DNA from: Mobula hypostoma
Lineage: Eukaryota
DNA: 64,000 nucleotides
Direction of reading: 5' to 3'
Assembly (NCBI RefSeq): GCF_963921235.1
Contig: NC_086108.1
Coordinates: 97,528,001-97,592,000, forward strand
Numbering within the stretch: position 1 is the first letter of the stretch; every line of letters begins with the position of its first letter. Below the pieces are notes generated by a model, which saw nothing but the letters and a program-made list of their open reading frames with translations, was not told where the DNA came from and made no database searches. Below, one piece after another: positions 13,598-26,444 of the stretch. A program made the position numbers and the translations under genes.

Positions 13598-14045
13598 ACA
13601 TGCACAAAATGCTTGGAGGTAGTCAGCAGGTCAGGCAGCATCTATGGAGGGAAATAATCAGTTGATGTTTTGGGCTGAGACTCTTCCTCAAGACTGGAAA
13701 GGAAGGGGACAGAAGACAGAATAAGAAAGTGGGAAGAGGGGAGGTAGTAAAAACTGTTAAGTGATGGGTGGTGGAGGAGATGAAGTGAGAAGCTGGGAGG
13801 TTTTAGGTGGAAGAGGTAAAAGGCTGAAGAAGAAGGAATTTGACGGGATGATAGTGGATCATGGGAGAAAAGGAAGGAGAAAGGGCACCAGTGGGAGGTG
13901 ATAAGAAGGTGAGGGGAAGACAAGGGGAGCGAGAATGAGGAATGGAAAAAAGAGAGAAAGGGGAATGGAGATAATGACCTGAGTTAGTGAAATCGATGTT
14001 CATGCTCTCTGGTTGGAGGCTACCTAGATAGACAGAATATGAGGT
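13598..14045 (-). mobile_element. Penelope-like element 3' end/pLTR (continues from ~10516-10542)
   Basis: Homologous to 1090-1490; degenerate hammerhead at ~13659-13696. Confidence 0.75.
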
Positions 14046-14855
14046 CTAAATAAATTATACCTTATTAAACAAATATTAAACCCCAGTGGATTTGTCCAAA
14101 TATAATGCACATTGGAAACTGCAAGATACTGAAGGCAGAAGTTTCTGACTCAGGATGTCTGCTATTAACACCCACATCACAGCTGAGTGGAAGTTGAAGA
14201 TACGTGAGCTTTGTTATTTGTTACAAGTTGTAGTTGATACCCCCAGATATGGAATCAACTCAGAAGACACTGCATCATGTGGGTTTGAAATAGGGATTTA
14301 TTCAGGGAAGCTGGATAAGCAGGGGAGTGAGAGGAATTACTGCCAATCTCTTATCCATGCTGACATATTCCGTCCTACATGCTGACTTTTATTTTCACAG
14401 CAATTTTGTTGTGACTCCTACATCAAATGCATCTTGGCTATCGACTAGAGTCTATCCTTTCTCCTTTATCCACTTTATCTACTGCAGATCTTACTTTGTA
14501 AAAGAACTCCAATAAATTATTCAGACTTAATTTCCCTTTCACAAACCATGTTGATTTTGCATGATTACCACGAATTTTTCTAAATGTCCTGCCATAATAT
14601 CTTTATTAATAGCTTCTAATGTGCTCCCTATGATAGGTGTTAAGTTAACTGCCCTGTAGTTTTTTGACTGCCTTTTTCTTTAAGTCACTTCCCTGACTAC
14701 TCTCTCACCAAGTCTTCACCAGATGATTCTGTTTCCTGTTGTTACACAAGCTGACGGCATCTCAAACCTTCACCAGGTCCCCAAAACAACCAATTCAGCT
14801 CCATCATCAAATGCTCTGTTCTCTGATGATGCTGCCTCCCATGATGACTCTAACC

Positions 14856-14932
14856 CAAGGGTTTGCAACCTTTTTTATGCCATGGACCAATACCATTAAT
14901 CACGGTTGGGACCCCACGGTTGGGAACCCCTC
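14856..14932. mobile_element. 77-bp hAT-type MITE
   Basis: Imperfect TIRs CAAGGGTTTGCAACC/GGTTGGGAACCCCTC; perfect 8-bp TSD CTCTAACC at 14848-14855 and 14933-14940. Confidence 0.85.
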
Positions 14933-16093
14933 CTCTAACCTCCCACATCCCACTACTGAGTCCAGGCTCCAGCTCTTCTACCTCACATGTCCATTCTCCA
15001 CATCCATCGTGGGTTTCAAGGCCTTGATTTTTTTTTTTTGCTACCGCGATGTGTTTGAGCAATTTGTTCTCCTTAGCCAGCATATGGCTGGTTCTAAACA
15101 CAAAATATCTTGCAGATGCTAGGAAGCTTTTGTTACACATATAAAGTTCCACAGGAACTCAGCAGGTCAGGAAGGATCTATGAAAAGGAACAGTTGGCGT
15201 TTCAGGCCAAGACCCTTCAACAGGACCAGCAATGAAGGGGGAAGAAACAAGAATCAGGTTTATTATCACCGAACTATATATAGTGAAATGTGGTTGTTTT
15301 GTGACAGCAGTACAGTGCAATATGTTAAAAGATAATTGTAAGTTACAATAAGGAATATTTAAAAAATGAATCAATAGCGCAAAAAGAGAGCAAATAGTGA
15401 GGTAGTGTTCATGGATTCATGGGCCATTCATAAATTCCAAGATGGAAGGGAAGAAGCTATTCCTAAAATGTTGAGTGTGTGTCTTCAGGCTCCTGTACCT
15501 CCCTGCCTGATGGCAGCAATGAGAAGAGGGAAACTCCCGGATGGCCAGGGCGCTTCATGATGGATGCTCCCTTCCTGAGGCACCGTCTTTTGGAGATGTC
15601 TTAATGATTTATAGTGCCAAGTAAATGGAGACATACAGAGTTTGATAACAAATGTCTTAGAAAGTCAATGCATCTCAAATTATCTTTGTAAAGGCCTATA
15701 TATTATAAATAGATGAATAGTCTATTGGGGAGAATGTAGAGACAACCACAGGAATCCTTATAGAAATGATAACGTTGATCACGAAATGCAATCAACACCC
15801 AGGGCACCTAAATTAAAGCTGTTAAAGTAATTAAGCATATTTCCTTTAATAATAAGTAGGTAAGGGAGTCCACATCATTCAAACTTGCAGGTAGGTTTGG
15901 AATGGTTTTTCATTTTATTTTCGAGCTCTATGTGAAGACCAGTTATATGGTCAACGCTACTCTATTTAACAAAATGAGAGGCGCTGTACGAAGTTTTAAT
16001 TGCTGGAATTTCACTTTGAGTTTCCCAGATATTAACATTCTTATAGCCCAAATGTGTAACAGTGCATGTACAAATTTAATTTGTAATTGGTAT

Positions 16094-16448
16094 TGCTACA
16101 CCCTGGGAAAGGTTTCACTGCTCTGTAGAAGCAATGTTTGGGTTATGGTTAGAGATAATGGGTGATTTGGAATGTGAGCCGTGCAATCAGGGGACCAGGT
16201 TTTTGTGTTGTATGCCTGACACTGGTGTGAGCTGGGGTCCTTTGTTTGGTGGGACATGAGGAGAGAAGACGCTGGAGAGAGCCGGTCATAGGGTTCGACC
16301 CCGTGGGGGACCGTGATTCGATGGAGCAAGGTGCAGAGGTCTACTGAGGATTGGCGAGAATGACTTTTGGAAGAGCTGAGCTCCAACTTGTGCACGCTTG
16401 ACTGTTTAATTATAATGGGCCCTTTTTGTTTTTTCCTTTCTTTTTTTT
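16094..16448. mobile_element. Probable LTR fragment, truncated by CR1
   Basis: TG start and a GC-richer body unlike the neighbouring LINEs; assignment by resemblance only. Confidence 0.4.
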
Positions 16449-17634
16449 TGCATCAGTCTTCACTGTGGAAGACATAGCAGTATGCCAGAAATTCATGAAG
16501 GTCAGGGGGCAGAAGTAAGTGTTGTTGCTATTACTAAGGAGAAAGTGCTTGGGAAGATGAAAGATGTGAAGGTAGATAAATCACATGGACTACATCTCAA
16601 GGTTCTGAAAGAGGTAGATGAAGAAATTGTAGAGGGAATAGTGATGATCTTTCAAGAATCAGTAGATCCTGAAATGGTTCCAGAAGACTGGAAAATTACA
16701 AATGTCACTCCACCATTTAAGAAGGGAGGGAGACAGAGGAGAGAAAAATATAGACTACTTAGTCTGACTTCATTGGTTGGTAAGATATTGGAGTCCATTA
16801 TTAAGGATGAAATTTCTGTGTACTTATAGGCACGTGATAATATAGGCCAACATGAGCATGGTTTGCATAAGAAAAAATCTTGTCTGACAAATCACCTGGA
16901 AATCGTTGAGGAAATACTAGGCAAAGGAGAGTCAGTGGATGTTGTTTACTTGGATTTTCAAAAGGCCCTTAACAAGCTGCTGCACATGAGGCTGCTTAAC
17001 CAGATAAGATCCCATGGTATTACAGGAAAGATACTAGCGTGGATAGAACATTGGCTGTCTGGCAGGAGGCAAAGAGTGGGAATAAAGTGGGTCTTTTCTG
17101 GTTGGCTGCCGGTGATAAGTGGTGTACCACAGGGTTCTGTGTTAGGACCATTTCTTTTCATGTTGTGTGGGAATGATTTGGACAATGGAATTGATGGTTT
17201 TGTGGCCACATTTGCAGATGATACAATATAGTTGGAGAGTCAAGTAGTGTTGAGGAAGCTGGGAGAGCGCAGAAGCACTTAGACAGATTGGGAGAATAGG
17301 CAGAGAAGTGGAAGATGGAATATAGTGTGGGGAAGTGTCTGATCATGCACAACAGCAAAAGGAAAAAAGGTGTGGACTATTTTTTAATTGGGGAGAAAAG
17401 ATAATAAATCAGAGGAGCAAAGGGACTTGGGAGTTCCCTAAAGGTTAATTTGCAGGTTAAGTCATTTGTATGCAAGGCAAATGCAACGTTAACATTCATT
17501 TTGAGGCGTCCAGAGTACAAAATCAAGAAGGTAATGCTGACACGAGGAAATCTGCAGATGCTGGAATTTCAAGCAACACACATCAAAGTTGCTGGTGAAC
17601 GCAGCAGTCCAGGCAGCATCTCTAGGAAGAGGTA

Positions 17635-17672
17635 CAGTCGACGTTTCGGGCCGAGACCCTTCGTCAGGACTA
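17635..17672 (-). ncRNA. Minimal type I hammerhead ribozyme (PLE-associated)
   Basis: TAGTC-CTGACGA-A-GGGTCTCGGCCC-GAAAC-GTC-GACTG: intact CUGANGA/GAAA core, GUC triplet, stems I and II, loopless helix III. Confidence 0.85.
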
Positions 17673-17885
17673 ACTGAAGGGAGAGCTAATAAGAGATTTG
17701 AAAGTGGGAGGGGTAGATCCAAAATGATAGGAGAAGACAGGAGGGAGAGGGATCCTTTCATATCCCTTTTGCCAAACAACTTTCCAGCTCTTGGCTCCAT
17801 CCCTCCCCCTCCTGTCTTCTCCTATCATTTTGGATCTCCCCCTCCCCCTCCCACTTTCAAATCTCTTACTATCTCTTCTTTCAGT

Positions 17886-17923
17886 TAGTGCTGACGAAGG
17901 GTCTCGACCCGAAACGTCGACTG
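17886..17923 (+). ncRNA. Minimal type I hammerhead ribozyme (PLE-associated), one stem I mismatch
   Basis: TAGTG-CTGACGA-A-GGGTCTCGACCC-GAAAC-GTC-GACTG. Confidence 0.8.
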
Positions 17924-19567
17924 TACCTCTTCCTAGAGATGCTGCCTGGCCTTCTGCGTTCACCAGCAACTTTGATGTGTGTTGCTTGAAGGTAATACTG
18001 AAGCTTTATAAGGCATTGGTCAGACTACACTTGGAGTATTGTGAGCTGTTTTGAACTCCTTACCTAAGAAAAGATGTGCTGCCGTTGGAAAGGGTCCCCA
18101 GAATTATACCAGGAATAATGTATGTGGGGTGTTTGCTGGCTCTGGGCCTGTAGTTTAGAAGAATAGGTTGTGCTCTCATTGAAACCCATGAAATATTGAT
18201 AGGCCTGGATAGAATGGACGTGGGGAGGATATTTCCTATGGTGGATGAGTGTAGGACCAGAGGACCCAACCTCAGAATAGAGGGACGTCCATTTAGAACG
18301 AAGATGAGGAGGAATTCCTTTATATAGAGGGTGGTAAATCTGTGGAATTCATTGCCACAGATGGCTGTGGAGGGCAAATCATTGAGTATATTTAAAATGA
18401 AGATTGATAGGTTCTTAATTAGTCAGGCAGTCAAAGGTTACAAGGAGAGGCAAGTGAATGAGATTAGGGGGGATAATAAATCAGCCATGGTGGAATGGCA
18501 GAGCAGACTCAATGGAACAAATAGGATAAATTTGCTCCTGTGTCTTATGGTCTTAAAAAAATTACTTTGACTTTGAAGCAGAGTGAAAAGCTTTTGTTTG
18601 CATGCCATCCAGACAGGTCATTGCACACGTAAAGACATCAAGGAAAACATAACAGAATGCAGAATATGGCGCTGCAGTTATGGTGAATGTACAGTGCAGG
18701 GAGACAAATAAAGTGCAAGAACTGTGATGAGGTAGATTGAGAGACCAAGAGCTCCTATGATTGATGGTCAAATAGAATTCATCTTTATCACATAAGAGGT
18801 CTGTTCAAGAGTCTTACAGCTGCGGGATAGAAGCTATCCGTGAGCCTGGTGGGACATGTTCTTAATCTTTTATATCTTAAAATAAATAGGTGGGTGACCT
18901 GTCAGAGATTTAAAAGAAGATGTGAAAAGAAAATTGTTATTGTGATTGTGGGAGAACTCTCCAGATTTAGAGGATGTGAAATTTGTAGGATTACAGATAC
19001 AAACCTGTGAGGTGGGACTAAACAGCAGTCTTCAAGGAAGCAGAACAGGCATAAAAGGCAAAATAACACCTTTCTGTGCAGTATGCCTGTTTTTCTGTGC
19101 GGTTGAAATCCCTGATCAAGTCAATGAAAATATGTACAGTAAGCACAAGAGATTCTGCAGATGCTGGAAATCCAGAGTGACACAGACAGAGTGCTGGAGG
19201 AACTCAGCAGGTCAGGCAGATTCTATGGAAAGGAATAAAGTGTTAACATTTTGGGTTGAGAATAAAAATACAGACAGTGGCTAACAGTGTAAATGAGACG
19301 AAAGAGCAGAGATGGAAAAACTAAAACAAACACCAGAAATCCTGATGAGGTTGAAATGTGGAGAGTTGAAATCTTGGGGATTATAGATATCGACAAAGCT
19401 ATTCCATTTTCCATCCTCAAAAACTTGCAACTCTTGCTTCCCAAGTGTTGGTGAGGGCTATGCAACGATCCACGTAGAATAATCCAAAAAAAGAAATGAT
19501 CTTGTCCAGAAACGCTTAACTTGACTCCTATGTTGCCACATTACAATTGTAACTAGCAAATAATATA

Positions 19568-22090
19568 TACTCAGTGGTCACTTTTATCAGCTAAGTCCTG
19601 TAATTCATAAAGTGGCCACTGAGTGAAGTTCATGGTCTTCTGAAGCTGTAGTCCGTCTACATATGGCGCCTGCGTACAACACTTTGACTGGATAGATCAT
19701 GAAACCATATATTTCACTTCTTTTATGTCTTTTACATTTGTTTTTAGTCTTGAATGTGATTCTGGAACTGATGGAGCCTGTGATTTGCAGTCTGGAGATC
19801 ATTAGGGTGTTTCAGTGCTCTGCAGTCTCTAAGAGGATTCTGGGAGACAGAGGCATTGTGCACAAACCTCATGCCAAGAAAGCTGCAGGGCGGTATGCAG
19901 GCCGATGTTTGATCCCGTATCACCAATTAAAGCTTCCATTGTTCGCTGATTAGAATGACAAGGGAGATTGAAACACTGAGGCGAATGCAGAAGGTGAGTG
20001 CTGACTGCCTGCCTTTTGATCGCTGGTGGGATTGCTCTGCTGACAGAGAAGGTAGACTGTCTTTTGGATATCTGTTGGGATCGCTTTACTGCTGAAGAAG
20101 GGAGAGCCTGCCGCCGTGCCCAGAGAATGTTACCCAGGTTTTCTGCATTTTGGATATGGAGTTGGACTATGGACTTTTTTAATTCAGTCTTATAGCGTTT
20201 TATATTCTGGGTGCTTTTTTGTGTGTGGGGGGGAAGGGATTTTGGGGTTGATGATCATGCTGCTGTTCTTTTCTTTCTTGTTTTCATGCCTATTTGGAGA
20301 AAAAGAATTTCAGAGTTGGATACTTTGATAATAAATGAACCTTTGAACCCTTGAACCTTTTGAAACATCTACTTCAAAGTTTGAAATGTTATGCATTCAG
20401 AGATGCTCTTCTGCACGCCACTGTTGTAACGCATGGTTATTTGTGTTACTTTAACTTTCCTGTTACCTTGAACTGGTCTGGCCATTCTCTTCTAACCTTT
20501 TTCATTAACAAGGTATTTTTGCCCACAGAACCGCCACCCACTGGATGTTTTATTTTGCACCATTCTCTGTAAACTCCAGAGAGTGCGTAATGATGCTACT
20601 GGTAGTTATAAAAGCTAAGAAATCAGACCAAAAACATCACTGGCAATAACTTTTCTGAGGTAATTTGTGTTACATTATCATTGCAAACAATGAAGCGACG
20701 AGCGATGGTGAGGTGAGCTTGGGGAAAGAGCCAATATGGTGTGTTGCAGAATTGTTGCACATGGCGTTCTGTTGCCCATACAGCTGGTCTGTGAGTGAGG
20801 CTGAATCACCCTGGGCACCGAGAGGAGAATTCGTGGCTGTGGCAGAGGAGTTGCAATACCCGTACAACAGGCCCAGGAGCGAGGTTAGACGGCTCTGGGT
20901 GCTGAAAGGAGAAGTCAGGGCCTAGGCAGAGGAGACTCAGTGCCGTACAACTGGGCTGGGAGCAAAGTTGGACTGCTGTGGGTGCTTTGAAGAGCTTGAG
21001 AGCGACTTTGGGCTGGGCAGTGAAATCTGAGCCCGGAGTGAGTCACTGGGTGATGTGGTCTAAGCCTGAAGCCTTTCGCTGCAGCCAGGTCCCAGTGTGA
21101 GGTACAATTTGTTGATTAGACAATTTAAAGGCCAGCCCAGATTGGAGGCGAGAGCCAATTTCACTCGTTCTCCATGATCTTCACTCCTCTCTCCAGGGTG
21201 TCAGAGCCTTTCGCTGTTCCTTGTTTGGTCAATTTAAACGCCGGCCCAGATAGGCCGTCAAGACAGGGTAACAGGTTCTGGGACAAGAGCCAGTTTTGCT
21301 CGTTGTCTGTGAGGGTTTGTAGTGGCTGGGTTTGGGTATTTGATCCTCCACAATATTCCACGTGGGAATTTAAACTGGAGGTGGCAGTGTTTTTTTTTTA
21401 ACGAGGTCAAGTTGCGAGCTCGACATCAACCCGGCACGGATGGAGAGCGCGCTCAGGTGCAGTCTGTCACTGGATCAAACTCGGGAACCTCCAGTAATCT
21501 CACTGCGCCACCAGCCGACCAGTGCTGAGGTTATGAGGACTGCCCTGGCTGCTGTGCTCCATGGCCACTAATATGATGAACTGATATGTGAGGCTTTGGG
21601 CCTACTCTGGGCTGCTCCACTGTTTGGATCTGACGGCTCAGTTTTGGTTCAGAATGTCATTGTTCGCTTCAATTGCTTGCATGATTTTTTTTTGTTTTCT
21701 CTTACATCGAGTGTTGGTCTTATAATTTTATTTTTGTTCTTTTTTTTCTTTAATTGAGTTCTTTCAGGTTTCTTGCTTTGTGGCTACCCGTGAGCAAGCA
21801 AATCTCAGGGTTGTATAATTTATACATTCTTTGATAATAAATGTACTTGAATCTTGAAAACCCCAGGAGATCAGCAGTTTTTGGGATAGTCAAACCACCT
21901 GACCTGGCACTAACAATCATTCCGCAGTCAAAATTACTTAGATCACATTTCTTCCCCATTCTGATGTTTGTGCCGAACAGTTGAGCCTCTTGGCCACGTC
22001 TGCATTCTTTTATGCATTGTGTTGCTGCCACGTGATTGACTGATTAGATATTTGCATAAATGAGCAGGTGTACAGGTGTGCCACTGAGTG
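19568..22090 (-). mobile_element. Non-autonomous Tc1-like element split by two insertions (~19660-20360 and ~20590-21855)
   Basis: TIR ACTCAGTGG(T/C)CAC...CCACTGAGTG-TA; transposase N-terminal remnant MGKKCDLSNFDCGMIVSARSGG; same family at 41871, 59355 and 63747. Confidence 0.8.
21328..21517 (-). mobile_element. tRNA-derived SINE (family shared with 61269-61436)
   Basis: Minus strand GGCTGGTGGCGCAGTG head and core CCATCCGTGCCGGGTTGATGTCGAGCTCGCAACTTGACCTCG. Confidence 0.7.
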
Positions 22091-22184
22091 TAGAAAAGCA
22101 GAGATGATCTCACTGATTATGCTGCAGACAGGACAGCCAGTCATGCAGCTAACAATGTTAATTTACTCATGATGAGCACATTTA

Positions 22185-22519
22185 TTGTTGATGAGAGGCA
22201 TTGATCATGTGGACAGCCAGGGGCTTTTTCCCTGGTCTGAAAAGGCTAACACAAGGGGGCAAAGTTTTAAGCTGCTTGGAGGTAGGTCCAAGGGGGATGT
22301 CAGAAGTAAGTTTTTCACACAGGGAGGGGTGGAATGCACTGCCAGCGATGGTGGTAGAGTGGCTAAGAGACTCTTAGATAGGTACATGGAGCTTAGAAAA
22401 ATAGAGGGTTATGTGATAGGGAAATTCTAGGCAATTTCTAGAGTAGGTTACATGGTCAGCACAACATTGTGGGCTGAAGGGCCTGTAATGTGCTGTAGAT
22501 TTCTATGTTCTATGTTCTA
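22185..22519 (+). mobile_element. CR1 3' fragment
   Basis: RGIDHVDSQGLFP...NTRGQSFK...FFTQ; tail TTCTATGTTCTATGTTCTA. Confidence 0.85.
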
Positions 22520-25479
22520 CTCAGTAAACAGTTGAAAGAGTCAAGGAAACAAGCTGTGAAAGAAAGTATGGCAACTTCTCCCAATCCAAGTAAGATATTT
22601 TCAGCAGAAATACATCAAGTGGAGAACAGTAACAAGTGATTTTTTTTTTGCTTCAGTTCAATCTCCTGTACTTAGAGCTCTCGCTATGACAGTGGAATTA
22701 ATCTATCATTCCCACTCTGTCATGGAGTAGCGTTTACATCCTTGTTTCAAAGCCGCATTTTTTCCCTTCTCTTATGATCTTCCACTTTCTTGTTAAGCTT
22801 TGAACCTATCCACTTCCTTTCTGGCTGATTCATCCAAGTCAACACGTATCATGCTGGGTGACTGTCTTGTCTGAGTACAAAAAATCACAATCCAGCCTAT
22901 AGAGCGATTTAACAGGAAATCAAATGAATGCAGTACGTTAGCGGCTTATCAATTGACTCGCAATTGATGATTCGACTCAAAGTGGAATGTGTATCAAATA
23001 AATGATGTTTATTTTAAATTAAAATGGGGATCTTTAATCCATGCTTTAGCTTTCCAATGCTAAGGCAGCTAATCCTTTCAATTTTCACACCCTTTGTTAC
23101 ATCTTTTGATGCTGATTCATGATTATTCCCTTTGGATGGATTTATGAGGAAAATATACAGAATTGCTCGTGGACTCAGCACAGTAAATCCTCTGGGAATC
23201 TTCCTCCTTGTGGCAAATGGTCACTCCAGTGGTCCCGGAGCCCCTTTGAAGTTATTTGTCCCAAAGGGTACAATATAAAGATCTAGTGGGATCCTACACC
23301 ACAATGCCTTTGAACTCTGGAAGATGATAATTGTTTTCCAATTGTATTCTCTGGTGGGTTTGTTGTCCTGTAATTTGCATAAGCATTAATATTCAGCACG
23401 TGTGAGAATGACTGCCAATGTCACTCTTGGAGGGCTCGTGCCCACTGTTGTGTGTGACAACGTCCCCAGAGACTCTGTAATCTCTCCCGGCGGAGCACAA
23501 GGCTGATGCTCCAAAATACAAATCTGGGTAATGATCAGGGTATCGCTGCTAACGCAGAGAGGTGAACTGTGAAATCAAGCAAATACAAAAAGTAAATAAG
23601 ACATTTTTAAAAACAAACATTAGAGGGAGAGATAATGAGAGTGGTAAATTCAAATCATGGGATGTGCACAAACTGTTATGATTTTATAAGAGTCCAGTCT
23701 GCGTGGAATCTAATGCTTGGAAGATTAATTACGTTGTTGATTTGATTTGCTTCTCACTTTTCTCATCCAAAGTATTTTACTAGCAACTAAAAAGTGTGTG
23801 TCTCTGATTTACCATCACTGATAATTAATACCATGGCATCTCCAACAAGCACCCCTACCCTCTGTTATGTCACCCAATGCATTTCCCTACCCTGAGAGAG
23901 AGAAATTAGCCTAAAATGATAAGTGGATCTACAGACCAGCTTAGATTTGATCCCTGGACTGGACTCGCGTCACTGCTTCACTGGGAGACACTTCACTAAA
24001 GTAGTGAAAATCCCTCAAAAAATAGTGGGTTCAGCCCAGTGCATCACCGATAAAGCCCTCCCAACCATAGAGGAGATCTGCTTGAAATGCTGTTGCAGGA
24101 AAGCAGCATCCATCATCAGGGACCCCAACCAGCTAGAGCAGAATAAGAGTCAGGTTTCATATCACCGGCATGTGTTGTGAAATTTGTTAACTTACCGACG
24201 GCAGTACAATGCAATACATAATCCTATAGAGAAACAAAGTAAATCAATTACAGTATGCAGATTAAATAGTTAAATTAAAAATAGTGCAAAAACAGAAATA
24301 ATAAAAGTGAGGTAGTCTTCATGGATCCAATGTCCATTCAGGAATTGGATGGCAGACGGGAAGAAATTGTTCTTGAACAATTCAAGCTTCTGTACCTCTT
24401 CCTTGATGGAAACAACAAGAAGAGTGCATGTCCTGGGTGGTGGGGGTCCTTAATGAAGAACACCGCCTTTCTGAGGCACCACTCCTTGAAGATGTCTTGG
24501 ATACTATAGAGGCTAGTACCCAAGGTAGAGCTGACTAATTTTACAACTTTCTGTAGCTTTTTTCAATCCTGTGCAGTAGTCCCCCACATACCAGACAGTG
24601 GTGCACCCTGTCAGAATGCTCTCCACAGTACATCTGTAGAAGTTTTTGAGTGCCTTAGGTGACAAGCCAAATCTCCTTAAACTCCAAATTAAATATAGCC
24701 ACTGTCTTGCCTTCTCAGTATGTTGGGACCAGGTTAGATCCTCTGAGGATTGGTTCGTGTTCCCTTTCTGAAGCCCACAATCAGCTCTTTAGTCTTACTG
24801 ATGTTGAGTGCCAGTTGTTGGTGTGACACGAGTCAACCAGCTGGTGTATCTCACTCCTGTACGTCCTCTCGTCTCCATCTGAGATTTTGCCAACAATGGT
24901 TGTATCACAAGCAAACTTATAGATGGCATTTGAGCAATGCCTAGCCACACAGTCAGGGGTGCAGAGAGAGTAGAGCAATGGGCCAAGCCCACATCTCTGA
25001 GGTGCACCAGTGCTGATTGCATATGCAGAAGCATGCTGTCTTCTCACTGCTGCCATTCGGAAGAAGACTCAGGTCCCACACCACCAGCTTCAGGAAGAGT
25101 TACTACCCTTCAACCATCAGGCTCCTGAACCAAAGGGGATAAATTCACTTGCCCCATCATTGATATATCCCCACAACAAATGGACTCACTTTGAAAGACT
25201 CTTCATCTCACGTTCACAATACTTATTGCTTATTTATTTATTATTATTATTCCTTATTTTGCATTTGCACAGTTTGTTGTCTTCTGCACTCTGGTTGAAT
25301 ACCCTAGTTGGGTGGTCTTTCGTTGATTCTGTTATGGTTACTATTCTATAGTTTTATTGAGTATGCCCAGAAGAAAATGAATTACAGGGTTGTATATGGT
25401 GACATGCATATTCTTGATTAATAGATTGCTTTCCAGTTCCACAATTAGCAAAATACGATATGTGACACCAGGTCACTAC

Positions 25480-26440
25480 AGATCAACAGCAGATTCCATT
25501 TCATTTGCTCTCCACTCAGCTCTGAAACATCTCGACAGTGAAGAGGCAGACATCTTCATTGACTACAGCTCAGCATTCAACACTATCAGCCCCTCAAAGC
25601 AAATCAACAAGCTCCAAGACCTAGGCCTAAAACCTCTTTGTTCAGCTGGGTCCTTGCTTTCCTCACTTGCAGACGCCAGTCGACTTGGATTGACAGCAAC
25701 ATCTCCTCCACAATCACCATCAAGGCTGTGTGCTTAGGCCCCTGCACGACTTGCTTTATTCCTATGATTGTGACGTTAAGTATAGCTCCTATGCCATACT
25801 TAACTGTGCTGATGACACTATTGTTGATGGCCAAGTCAAAGGCAGTGATGAATCAGCATATAGGAAGGAGTTTGAAAAATTGGTTAAATAGTGTCACAAC
25901 AACAACCTCTCATCCACCATCTGCAAAACTGAACAGTTGATTACAGGAGGAAGAAGCTGGAGGTCCATGAGTTAGTCCTCATTAGGGAATCGAAGGTGGA
26001 GAGGATCTATAACTTTAAATTCCTGGGCGTTATATCGGAGGATCTGTCCTGGGACCAACAGGTAAATGCCATTGCAAATAAGGCATAATATCATCTCTAC
26101 TTTCTGATAAATTTGCATAGATTCAGCTTGTCATCTAGGGCTTTGACAAACTTCTATGGATGCACAGTGGAGAGTATCCTGACTGGTTGCATCATGACCT
26201 GGTATGGAATCACCATTGCCCAAGAATGGAAAAGCCCACACAAAAAGAAAATGGTGGATTCAGCTCAGTTCATCACAGGCAAACCACCGCTTACTATTAA
26301 GCAGATGTACAGGGAGCACTGTTACAGGAAAGCAGCACCCATCTTCAAGGACCCCCACCATCCAGGCCACACTCTCTTCTTGCTGCTGCAAGAAGAAGAT
26401 ACAGGAGCCTCAGGTCCCACAACACCAGTTTTGGGAACAA
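25480..26440 (+). mobile_element. Rex1/Babar-like LINE RT, decayed
   Basis: YRSTADSISFALHSALKHLD...FIDYSSAFNTI and LTNFYGCTVESILTGCIMTWYG. Confidence 0.85.
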
Positions 26441-26444
26441 TTAC

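Larger units (their letters stand above)
17541..17987. mobile_element. PLE-derived inverted (foldback) insertion with 14-bp TSD
   Basis: Arms ~17567-17748 and ~17797-17990 are near-perfect reverse complements; TSD GAAGGTAAT(G/A)CTGA at 17527-17540 and 17988-18001. Confidence 0.9.
16449..18553 (+). mobile_element. Decayed CR1 ORF2 plus 3' end, interrupted by a PLE foldback
   Basis: ORFs 16482-16829 and 16863-17231 ([23 protein letters not shown]) and 18331-18570; tail TCTTATGGTCTT. Confidence 0.9.
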
